A DNA stretch of 64,000 bases from Antedon mediterranea (taxonomy: Eukaryota; Animalia; Echinodermata). Below, one piece after another: positions 1 through 12,100 of this stretch. The notes under the pieces were generated by a model. It saw only the letters and a program-made list of their open reading frames with translations. It made no database searches and was not told the origin of the DNA. The stretch lies in the NCBI RefSeq assembly GCF_964355755.1, contig NC_092673.1, positions 16,923,648 to 16,987,647 of the forward strand, written 5' to 3'. Every line of letters begins with the position of its first letter. Positions within the stretch are counted from its first letter, which is position 1. The translations under genes were made by a program, and so were the position numbers.

Positions 1-99
1 TTAAAATGGTTTTGAAGTAAAAGGAGAAAAGTGCATGTTTTACAATACCTGTACTTAAAATGACTGAAGTTCATAATTGGTTTCAAATATTTTTGCCAG

Positions 100-185
100 A
101 TTTGAGGAAAAGCATGTAGTTACAGATGGCATAGCGGTAATAAGAACAGCAAGCACAACATGGACAGAGGCTAAAGCTGATAGTG
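100..185 (+). CDS. ROCO exon: Roc switch I/G2 region (FEEKHVVTDGIAVIRT)
   Basis: ttttgccag acceptor, gtaaac donor; TDGI matches the Roc G2 motif. Confidence 0.75.
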
Positions 186-3100
186 GTAAACATGAATACA
201 TTTAGCATATTACTCTTCCCACCATCATACGTTATGTAACAATATTATCAATAATAATTATTATCATAGACACAGACAAGTTCACAATGAAATGGAGACA
301 TAGAATTGAATTCAATGCATACAACTGTAGTATGTGTCACATACATTACAATTGTTACTCTATGATCCCTTTATAACGCGCAAGTTACTGTATGTTACAT
401 TTTATGATGATGTACTGTAATTGTAATTTTACATTGACAGTGGTAAAATATCCAAAGTATAGTCACATATGAACGTATCTACTGAAATAATATGTACACA
501 CTTTCTCTTTCTCTACAGGTAATACAATACAACAGTATACAAAAATGGTCACTGACAAATTGAGAAAAAAGAAAACTGTAAACGTATGTCAGTAATAGTG
601 TAATGAAAACGGGTCTAGGACAACTACCCCCTGGACAGCTACCACCCGGACAATCACCCTCCTAGGACAACTACCCTCTTAGGACAACTACCCTCTTAGG
701 ACAATTACCCTCTTAGGACAATTACCCCTAGGACAACTACCCCCTAGGACAACTACTAACTTCAAAACATAGGGAGAGAGATTGATCTTAAATGAAAGAC
801 TGTTTGATTGACTGGTGCAGCTAGGAAAACTGTATGTTCCTAGATTTATATACGGCATCTTCATGTCACACAAGAATAAAATAAGCCACCCCTTTATTTT
901 TCAAGATTGGAATACATTTTAATAATTTTATCAATTCTCGTTTAATGTAAAATAACTGCTGACGATACGCATATTAAAAAATTGAAAAGCTTTCATATAA
1001 GATCAATCTCTCTCCCTCTGTTTTGAAGTTCAGTAAGTTTTACAAGATCGTAATTATAACCTACGGTGTAGGTGTCATGATATAGGTGTGGCTGTTCAGA
1101 GGGTGTTGTTTTCCTAGTAGACCGGCAGCCCAGAGACATTTGGTTAGATGAGCTAGGTACCAATATCTGACTATTTGAGTGTGTTGGGGGTCACTTGAAG
1201 TGAATGAAAATGGGAGTCTGCCGGGTACCCCCTGCTGCGTCTAGACCGGGGGGACCCCGAAACGTGCTAAAAAATCGGCACAGGTTAGATGAGAGAGATA
1301 CCACCTAATTTTACCACCATGGGATGCCCATTGGCATCCTTATAACAGTATCACAAACGACAGACTTTTTCTCTGCTGCAAAAGGCCCGCCAGACCCCCC
1401 GAGGGAGGGCCTAAAATGGGGTTAGCATAGATGAGTGAGGTACCACTCAAAATCAATTCCAAACGAACAAGTTGTGTTCATACAATACTAAATGGATAAC
1501 AACAGACTAATTGTCTGCTGCACCGCAAGTGCCAGACACCCTAAAGTTAGGCCCCCCTTCCCCCAACTAACCCAGCTTAGATATTGTAGATACCACCAGC
1601 AACCAATGTTATATGATTTAGCACATGTAGGCAATACCAAATGACCTATAATTACAGACTATCTGAACACTGCCCTGGCCCTGGCAGACCCCTCTAAAGT
1701 TAGACTAGAGACCCCTCTTTCCCCAACTAGCCCAGCTTAGATATTGTAGATACCACCAGCAACCAATGTTATATGATTTAGCACATTGTAAGCAATCACC
1801 AAATGACCTATTACAAACTATCTGTACACTGCCTTGGCCCTGGCAGACCCCTCTAAAGTTCGACTAGAGACTCCATTCCCCCAACTGGCCTAGCTTAGAT
1901 ATTGTAGATACCACCAGCAACCAATGTTATAATTATGATTTAGCACATTGTAAGCAATATCAAATGACCTATAACAGACTATCTGTACACTGCCTTGGCA
2001 CTGGCAGACCCCTCTAAAGTTCCCCCATTTACCCCAAGTATATCCTTAGATATTGTAGATACCAACAAAAAAACCACACAAAACAACATATTTAATTGAA
2101 TAAAGTTTAACTTTAATCGAACTAACACAAAACAATTGAAAATATATCACATCAATGACGATAAAATGACCATTACCATTTTAAAGGGAAAAATAGTTTA
2201 AGAGTTTCACTTCAAACTTATATAAGCCAAATATAAACAAGTACGGATTCGAGTAAATTTAGCATTCCTGCTAAGAATTGTGAGGATCTGGAATTCCTTG
2301 CCTTTGAATGTCAAAGATACATTCGTCTGTAACTCTTGCAACCTATTTTAAGAGAAAGCTTAGTAATCACCTTAATCAAATTCAGGATTGTAGTAACTTA
2401 ATCAAAAGTGATTTGATTAATTAATAGTTGGTAATTTTAAATGCTGTATATTATAATCTTAATCCTCTATATATATTTATATATATAAATCCAAAGGCAA
2501 ATAACTGAAAAAATGACAATGCTGTGGGTATCAGTGGCTGAATCTCAATAAAGATACAAAAAAAAAGTGAAAAGCTAAATCAAAAGGCTAAAGTAAAACA
2601 GCCAGAAACGTTAGCAGAGCTTTCGGGCAACACTAGCCCTTCATCATTGCAAGTGAAGGATAAGAGCTGGCAAGTGCTGCCTGGGTGGACAGGAATAAAA
2701 GAAATACAACAAAAGGAGACAGGGTGGAGTCTGAATAAGAGTAGAAAACAAAGAAGGTAGCTTGGTAGAGATACAGTATAAACAATTTTGGAATGAAACT
2801 AAACACGGCCAACAGCCATAAGTCGCGTGCTAAAACGCATAGTGATACCGGACCGACAGACAGACCGACAGACCGACCGACCGCCGACATAGTGAACTAT
2901 AGAGTCGCGTCCACGCGACTAAAAACAGCTTAAATGGTGGTTAATATTGATACTTAAATTTAGGTAGACAATGGAATAATTTTACCAACCTGGGAGTATG
3001 TTTCTAATGTTAAGTACAAAAGGTTTTGTGGTTTTAAGTTGTAATTCCCAGTGGTTTTCCTTGTCTTTGCAAGTTTTGTCGCTCCATTTGACACATGGAA

Positions 3101-6100
3101 TATTGCAATAACTCTGAAATTTGTTATCGAGTGACCAGATGAATTAAAATGTTCGGCTACAGGTTGAACAAGCTTTAATGTGTTGATAGCTGATCTGTGT
3201 TGTGTCATTCTCATACGGAGAGTGTTTTTGGTTTCTCCGACGTACTGTTTGCCACAAATATTACAGTATATGAGATAAATGACGTTTTTGGTTAGACAAT
3301 TAATTGATTGTCTTATCCGAAAAATGTGGCCAGTTTGGTTACTCTTAAATTTTTCAGTAGAATCAACCAATGAACAAGTTTTGCAAGATTTGCCGCAAAG
3401 GTGACTGCCCAAATTTTGACTGTCATGAGAGTTAATTTCACTCTTACATTTGGATCTGACTAATATATCACGAAGGTTGGGAGGTCTACGAAATGCAATA
3501 ATGGGTGGTTCCGGAAAAACAGTCTTGAGACGTTCTGTGGACTGTAGAATGGGCATATGTTTCTCAATAAATTAATAGCCCCGTAATGGAGGCAACCTAG
3601 GTTGATAGGTTTGTAATTTCTATTCCGGAGATGTCCGGTTAGTTCTTCGGTACGATTCTGAAAATCTAAATCTGAAGAACAGATACGTCTGATAGGTAAT
3701 GCTTTACTGTTCGGTATGTTTTTAGTACAATGTTGGGGATGACAACTGCTAGGGAGCAGGTACATATTTTTATCAGTGGGTTTACGGAATAGGTCAGTTT
3801 TGAGAGTACCATTTTCTATGGTCACTATAGTGTCCACAAAATCAACGCTACTAGTGGATTTGGTAACTGTAAATCTTAGGATCGATGGAGTGTTTTTTTT
3901 TACCATCACAGAAACAGATTTTGCCACCTTATCCGCAATTTCCGGGGTGGGTTCCGTTGTGAGTTTACGATATATAATGAAGCTGTCTTAAGGATTCCTC
4001 TTAATAAAATTTGATGTCCATAGCAACAGTGGCAGAACCTTTATCAGCGGGTTTAATGATGATATCATTACGCTGACGCAATTTGGCAATGGCCTGCCTC
4101 TCTTGTTTTGAGATTGTCACGTTTATCTGGACTCGGGACGTAGTTTTGTACATCCTCCTCAATAGCCTGGATAAATGTTTCTAAAGCTGGACAACGATTT
4201 TTAGGTGGATTCCAGGAACTTTTTGGTTTAAATTTGTTAACGTTGCCTTCGTTTTGCGTGGTGCTGCTGTCTGAATCAGCAAAATATTCACGTAATCGTA
4301 ATCTTCTAGAAAAAGACTCTATATCCAAAGATAGTTGTTGTGCGCCGACCTGCCTTGGTTTTGGGCAGAATTTAAGTCCTCGGGAAGGAAGTTTTTTCTC
4401 TCCTTCGGAAAGTCGACAATTTCAACAACTGAATCAGAGGTGTTGCTCTGATTCTTGTTATATGTCCCAACGAACCTTCTGCAGGGTTTCCTAAAAGCCC
4501 TGAAGTCATCCGAAGGTAGAGTCATTTGTGTTGAAATGACCAAGTCTGCATGGTAGACCAAATTTGTGATGTTCCCTTCGGGCCATTATCGTTGATTGTT
4601 TACGGCAGTCATTGGCGATAATCCTGAGTTTGTTTTGAAACTAGGATGCAGGAAGTTCTCTTTTCAACTTCTTAGTTCTAGAGTGAATTTCAACGTCAAA
4701 CTCAGTGAGGATTTTGCGGCAATTGTCAATTTGGATCTCATTGAGATCTCTAATTTTGTTCAAATACCTTTTTTAATAGATACAGTACTACATATCTACA
4801 TAAATAAAGTACATAAAAAAAAATTATATATATTTATAATTTTTTTTTTAAATATTTTTTTCGATCGAGATACGGTATTGTTCAGTCTATCTGAAGATCG
4901 TTTAACGTGAAACACCGTGTAGTAGACGTCCGTGTTCCATCTACTTTATAAAAATATATATTCGCTCTTGATTCCAATTGAGCACGTTTGCAGCCTCAAC
5001 GCATCTATATAAGACTTGCACTGATGAAGGGCTAGTGTTGCGCGAAAGCTCTGCTAACTTTTCTGGCTGTTTACTTTATCGTTTTGATTTAGCTTTTCGC
5101 TTTTTTTTTGTATCTCCATTGAGATCCAGCCACTGATACCCACAGCATTGTCATTTTTTCAGTAATTTGCCTTTGGATTTATAAATATATATATATACAT
5201 ATGAATACAGGATTAAGATTATAATATACAGCATTTAAAATTACCCACTATTAATTAATCAAATCACTTTAGATTAAGTTACTACCATCCTGAATTTGAT
5301 TAGGGTGATTACTAAGCTTTCTCTCAAAATATGTCCAAGAGTTACAGACGGATGTATCTTTGACATCCAAAGGCAAGGAATGCTAAATTTACCCGAATCC
5401 ATACTTGTTATATATATTTGGCTTATAATTATATAAGTTTTAATTGAAACTCTTAAACTATTTTCCCCTTTAGAATGGTAATGGTCATTTTATCGTCATT
5501 GATATATTTTCAATTGTTTTGTGTTAGTTCGATTAAAGTTAAACTTTATTCAATTAAACATGTTGTTTTGGGTGGTTATTTTTTTGCTGCTGGTGGTATC
5601 TACAATATCTAAGGTAGGCTATATACTTGGGGTAAATGGGGGAACTTTAGAGGGGTCTGCCAGTGCCAAGGCAGTGTACAGATAGTCTGTTATAGGTCAT
5701 TTTGTATTGCTTACAATGTGCTAAATCATAATTATAACATTGGTTGCTGGTGGTATCAACAATATCTAAGCTAGGCCAGTTGGGGGAATGGAGTCTCTAG
5801 TCGAACTTTAGAGGGGTCTGCCAGGGTCAAGGCAGTGTACAGATAGTTTGTAATAGGTCATTTGGTGATTGCTTACAATGTGCTAAATCATAACATTGGT
5901 TGCTGGTGGTATCTACAATATCTAAGCTGGGCTAGTTGGGGAAAGAGGGTTTCTAGTCTAACTTTAGAGGGGTCTGCCAGGGCCAGGGCAGTGTTCAGAT
6001 AGTCTGTAATAGGTCATTTGGTATTGCTTACAATGTGCTAAATCATATAACATTGGTTGCTGGTGGTATCTACAATATCTAAGCTGGGTTAGTTGGGGGA

Positions 6101-9100
6101 AGGGGGGCCTCTAGTCTAACTTTGGGGTGTCTGGCACTTGCGGTGCAGCAGACAATTAGTCTGTTGTTATCCATTTAGTATTGTATGAACACAACTTGTT
6201 CGTTTGGAATTGATTTTGAGTGGTACCTCACTCATCTATGCTAACCCCATTTTAGGCCCTCCCTCGGGGGGTCTGGCGGGCCTTTTGCAGCAGAGAAAAA
6301 GTCTGTCGTTTGTGATACTGTTTTAAGGATGCCAATGGGCATCCCATGGTGGTAAAATTGGGTGGTATCTCTCTCATCTAACCTGTGCCGATTTTTTAGC
6401 ACGTTTCGGGGTCCCCCCGGTCTAGACGCAGCAGGGGGTACCCGGCAGACTCCCATTTTCATTCACTTCAAGTGACCCCCAACACACTCAAATAGTCAGA
6501 TATTGGTACCTAGCTCATCTAACCAAATGTCTCTGGGCTGCCGGTCTATAGGGGAATAGCAGTTGGATTAGAGGGTAGTTGTCCTAGTAGGGTAGTTGTC
6601 CTAGGGGGTAGTTGTCCTAGGGGGTAGTTGTCCTAGGGGGTAGTTGTCCTAGGGGGTAGTTGTCCTAGGGGGTAGTTGTCCTAGGGGGTAGTTGTCCTAG
6701 GTGGGAGTTGTCCTAGGTGGGAGTTGTCCGGGTGGGAGTTGTCCTAGTGGGAGTTGTCCTAGGGGGTAGTTGTCCTAGGGGTAGTTGTCCTAGGGGGTAG
6801 TTGTCCTAGGGGGTAGTTGTACTAGGGGGTAGTTGTACTAGGGGGTAGTTGTACTAGGGGGTAGTTGTCCGGGTGGGAGTTGTCCTAAGGGGTAATTGTC
6901 CGGGTGGTAATTGTCCGGGTGGTAATTGTCCGGGGGTAGTTGTCCTAGGGTGGTAGTTGTCCGGGCGGTAGTTGTCCGGGGTAAAGTTGTCCGGGCGGTA
7001 GTTGTCCGGGCGGTAGTTGTCCGGGCGGTAGTTGTCCGGGCGGTAGTTGTCCGGGCGGTTGTTGTCCGGGCGGTAGTTGTCCGGGCTGTAGTTGTCCGGG
7101 CGGTAGTTGTCCGGGCGGTAGTTGTCCAGGGGATAGTTGTCCTAGGGGGTAGTTGTCCGGGTGGAAGTTGTCCTAAGGGGTAATTGTCCGGATGGTAGTT
7201 GTCCTAGGGGGTAGTTGTCCTAGGGGGTAGTTGTCCTAAGGGGTAATTGTCCGGATGGTAGTTGTCCTAGGGGGATACTTGTCCGGATGTTAGTTGTCCT
7301 AGAGGGATCATTGTCTGGGTGGTAGTTGTCTGGGTGTTTGTTGTCCGGGTGTTTGTTGTCCGGGTGTTAATTGTCCGGGTGGTAGTTGTCCGGGTGGTAA
7401 TTGTCCGGGTGGTAATTGTCCAGGGTGGTAATTGTCCAGGGTGGTAATTGTCCGGGCGGTAGTTGTCCGGGCGGTAGTTGTCCGGGCGGTAGTTGTCCGG
7501 GCGGTAGTTGTCCAGGGGGTAGTTGTCCGGGGGTAGTTGTCCGGGCGGTAGTTGTCCGGGCGGTAGTTGTCCGGGCGGTAGTTGTCCGGGCGGTAGTTGT
7601 CCAGGGGGTAGTTGTCCAGGGGATAGTTGTCCAGGGGATAGTTGTCCAGGGGGTAGTTGTCCAGGTGGTAGTTGTCCAGGTGGTAGTTGTGCAGGGGGTA
7701 GTTGTGCAGGGGGTGATTGTCCAGGGGGTAGTTGTCCTAGGGTGGTAGTTGTCCTAGGGTGGTAGTTGTCCAGGGGGTAATTGTCCTAGGGGGTAGTTGT
7801 CCTAGGGGGTAGTTGTCCGGGTGCTAGTTGTCCTAGGGGCTAGTTGTCCGGGGGTTAGTTGTCCGGGGGTTAGTTGTCCGGGTGGTAGTTGTCCGGGTGG
7901 TAGTTGTCCGGGTGGTAGTTGTCCGGGTGGTAGTTGTCCGGGTGGTAGTTGTCCGGGTGGTAGTTGTCCAGGGGGTAATTGTTCCGATACGAATGAAAAC
8001 ATAAAATGAATAAAGTAGTACCTACAGGACTATTGCAAACCAGTCACTTAGGCTTTCTTTCTAAATGAATCAATGATGCATTTATGAGCGGCTATTTCAT
8101 TTTTTTTTTTGCTTCAATCCTTTTAAAATTTACTCCAAAAATTAATTTGGTTTTGCTTTTGAGAGTAAATAATATTAGTTTTTCTTATATTAAATTGTAA
8201 ACAATACTGTATTTAACTTTGAATAAACATTTATTTCATTTTTATATCCATATATTGTTTTTGTTTTATGTGTCAGATTGACATGAAACCACTTACAGAT
8301 GATGATGATGATGATGAGGATGGTATTGTTGTTGACTACAATAACGATGGCAACAATGATGGTATGTAACTTTCCCTTAAATTTTAATTATAATTACACA
8401 AGACAAAAACATTCTAATTATTCTTACATTTTTGTAGTAAAAGCATTAATAAATAAGTTTAACATGGCAGCGGCCATCCCACTCCTAGACAGTCCAACTT
8501 ATACAACGTAATTTTGAAAACTACAACCATTTTTCTATATACATACAACGTACATTTCTAGTTGAACAAAAACATTTTTCTAAACTTTCTATTATTTAAA
8601 AGTCGAAGATAGCCAGGTCTCGGGTCCATTCTATTGTCGCCACAGATTGATATCTTCATCAGTACTTCTATAAATGGATGATTAGGTGGGAACACGAACG
8701 CTAGTTGATCATACCCAGTACCGTTTTGATCGTACGATTAATCGGGAAACCACCTCACGACATAGTCGAAAGACGCTGTACATGCAGGCTTGATGGGCAT
8801 GTTTCCTAGTTAGCAAAGTTAAACAAAGATGAACTAAAACACTTAATTAAAACCTTAAAAGGGCCTTACAAAGATGCTTATTTTTTTGTATGAATCTAGA
8901 AGAATCAAAGTGAATTCACAGTCTACACCTACTATATAATATACATAAATATATACTGGGCTTATACAAATGTGCAGATTAATAGTTTGTACATATTAAA
9001 GTATCCTTTCATATCTACCATCCCCTTTCACTTACCTTCCCCTTTCACTTACCTTCCCCTTTCACTTACCTTCCCGGTGCGAAAGCTCATATGATGATAA

Positions 9101-12100
9101 TGAAGACAACTATACTCATAGTAACTTTTTAACTGACTGATTAAATATGATGAATTGAAATTTTTGAAATAAAATTATGCTTGTTACGTCGTTTGTGGAA
9201 TGACCAAAAAATTTGTTTCCACTACAGGTACTGATACAGCTACTCAAGCTGTTCCATTTGATACAGATCAACAATTAGATAAGGATGTAATCAAGAAAGT
9301 TGAGGAAAATAAGGAGGAGACTTTGGAAGAAACATTCAACATCTGGGACCATGGGGGACAATTAATATACCATGGTCTACATCGGGTAAGTAGGTTTCTG
9401 TATAGACTAACATGATTGTATGGCCAAGGTATAGTTGGTCTCCCGTCGTGCTGATCTGGTAGGCGCTTCACTGCTGGCTGCTGTTGGTCAGTGTCAGTGG
9501 TCAAGCTCACTTTTCAGTTAAGCTTGAGGACAACTATTAATACCTTTACCTTTTACCTTTATGAAAGTCTTTATTATATTAATATGTATTGTCCCCTGAA
9601 AAAATAATTCTTAAATATTTTTTTTTTAATATTCCATTTTAATGTAACATAATAGTTATCCACTTTGACCACAAATTGGATCGAAAAAAAAAATGTATAT
9701 ACCTGAAAAAATGTAATTTAAAGCAAAAAATTGTCAAATTGGCTACCAGCCAATGGATTTTTATATTTTGTCAATTTATAAGTGAAAACATTATTTTTTT
9801 CGTTTTTTTTTTCAATGGAAGTGATTAACTTTATTAAAACTACAAAATAAATATTCAAATTCTGATTTAATTAATCTTCATTTTTCATGTTTTTGGGGGA
9901 CAATACATCTTTAAGGTCCACATACAATTAAAAATAATATTTGTTCATATGTTGTCAAAAGGCCTTCAAGAATATTAATCAGTCAATATTTAAATATTTT
10001 TGCAGATGTTCATGACACTTCAAGCACTATATATTGTTGTGTTTGATCTCAGTAAACCCTTGGATGATCTTGCTACTTTCATTGATTCATCTGGAGTAAG
10101 TATTTCTAGAGCATGGCAGCAGTAAGGTATTGTGATTGAACAAGTCTTTTATAAGAACAGTTTTTAAAAACTAAGCATTTCAAGTTTAACTGTGGTTAAT
10201 TGTTCTGTAATTCTTTTTCAGAGGAAATTTCAACATCATTGGACCAATCTCCAGTTCATATTATCTTACATGCTGTCAGTTTATTCTCATAGTCGTATTG
10301 TGGAAGAAGACGAGGAGAATGAAGTTGACAAACCAACTATCCTTATTGTGGGTACACATAAGGGTAAGCTTGGTAAGACAGAAAAACAGCAAAATGATGA
10401 GGTTAATACTTCTTTTGTTTCTATATTATTATAAATAGCCACAACCAAAGATACATTGCAGTTGTAACTGTTTTTAAATATTACTTTAAATAAATTACAA
10501 AATTGACACATTCTTATTATGCGTAAACTGTTATTAAAATTATATACAAACAGGCAGAAAAGGTGTTTAAAATTATTCAAGATGTGCTTAAAACTAAACC
10601 ATATGGAAATCATGTCTACCACAAATATTTTGCCATTGAAAACAGCCAACCAACTACAGATAAGAGCTTTAGTGATCTCAAACAAGTTATTGATACGCTT
10701 ATGAATGCTTTAGAACAGCCTTTTCCTTTAAAGTGGATGCGTTTTCGATGTGATCTACATGATCTAAGAGGAAAAAAACAGCCCTCCTTTTCTTTGTGTT
10801 CTTTAAAAGAGGTAAATGTTATTTGTTTTGTTTACATTTTTTGAAATATTAAGTCGCAAGTATCTATCAAGTATCTAAAAAAAAAAATTTACGTTTCTAA
10901 ATATAAGTACCCTTTAATTAAAAAATGTCCATAGACTAGCCAATTAGATTACAATATCCAAAATCAAATTTTCATCTCAGATATTTGCTGCCATTGTTTT
11001 ATTTATAAATTGTTTGTTTGAAAATACTGAGGTAATTAGCCATTGAAATTGAATATTTCAAACTATTTTTTCATGTAATACCCACATTTTTTATTTAATT
11101 CTGAATAATACTAATTATTGTTTCTTTTAGATAAAAATTCTGACAAGTAAGAATGGTATTGTTGAAGAAAAAAACAAATCAGTCCTGCTTAACTACTTGT
11201 ACGATATTGGTGAAATTGTTTACATGCCTGACAACAAATTATTAAGAGATAAAGTCGTGCTAGATCCGATGAGGCTGGTTGAAATTGTCACCAAATTTGT
11301 AACTGTGGTTCCCCCAAAATATCCCGTAAGTAGACTCATGTAATGTCTTGCATTGTAAAAACGTGTTACAGTAGTATAATTACTACTGTTCTGTGTAATT
11401 TATTATTCCTTAGCAAAGAATTTGTCATTGATAATATTTGATAGAGATGCTTAACATTTTCTATAGATAAAATAAAAGTATGCCGTAAGGCATCATTTGT
11501 AATTCACTGTAATTTTTTTACAAGTTTTAATTAGTTCACTTTTAATATTCTGCTTTCAATCTATTATAATTGAAGAACTATAAAAGTGAATAGCAAACTA
11601 ACTTGGAGTCATTTCACAGTTTAACCCTTTTACTGCGTGTACCCGGTATTACCGGGTATAAACATGTCGTCCAACTGCATATAACCATCATTACCGGGTA
11701 TGCCGGTATTAAACTATTTTCCTGCACTACATGTGACCTCTATATTTTTTAATATCGTCTTCTGTAATGATGTCATTAGTATGCAAATTACCATTTTTTT
11801 ATCCACCACAAAAATATTTACAAAATTATCTCATTTAGTAGGTTTTTGCAATTTATTAAAAATCACCTGTCTCTCATTGTTACGCACAGTGAAAGGGTTA
11901 AACCACAATACGGTATTATACCAAATACCAACACATGGTTCATCTCTATTCTAAATGCTATTTCCGTCATCCTCACAAAATACGATGCATGGTTGATAGT
12001 TGGTTTTTTTTTAGGCCGCTAAATTTAGAGAATCTTTTGATAAGCTGGACAAAGGCATACTGGAAGAAGACTTGTTGCGAAAATTATGGAAAGATAGTAA

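Larger units (their letters stand above)
2488..5180 (-). mobile_element. Degenerate Penelope-like retroelement (Neptune-type RT + GIY-YIG), RT core deleted
   Basis: RRLRLREYF..FKPKSSWNPP, IIIKPADKGSATV, TDLFRKPTD..SSCHP..KNIP..RRICS, PPIIAFRRPPNLRDILVRS, CGKSCKTC, NVIYLIYCNICGKQYVGET..RMTQH; frameshifted, and no YxDD region is present. Confidence 0.9.
1118..6548. mobile_element. Foldback element with about 1.5-kb inverted arms (1118-2654 / 5014-6548), Academ-like termini
   Basis: Arms are near-identical reverse complements; ends TAGACCGG...CCGGTCTA; 3-bp TAG duplication; about three subterminal repeats of roughly 170 bp. Confidence 0.75.
611..7991. mobile_element. Outer foldback-type DNA element (Mutator-like by TSD) with 15-bp GGACAACTACC arrays in inverted orientation
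   Basis: aatgaaaac at 602-610 and 7992-8000 forms an 8-9 bp TSD; arrays at 617-757 and 6570-7985 are reverse complements. Confidence 0.7.

Noticed and set aside
2960-4561. Active Penelope retrotransposon or domesticated nuclease
   Set aside because: Frameshifts, stops and deletion of the RT catalytic core.
6926-8009. GGSCP / AVVVR / LPPGQ repeat ORFs
   Set aside because: Translations of a 15-bp transposon array on both strands inside an intron.
8299-8511. Poly-Met ORF
   Set aside because: Wrong frame of the poly-Asp exon running into the intron.
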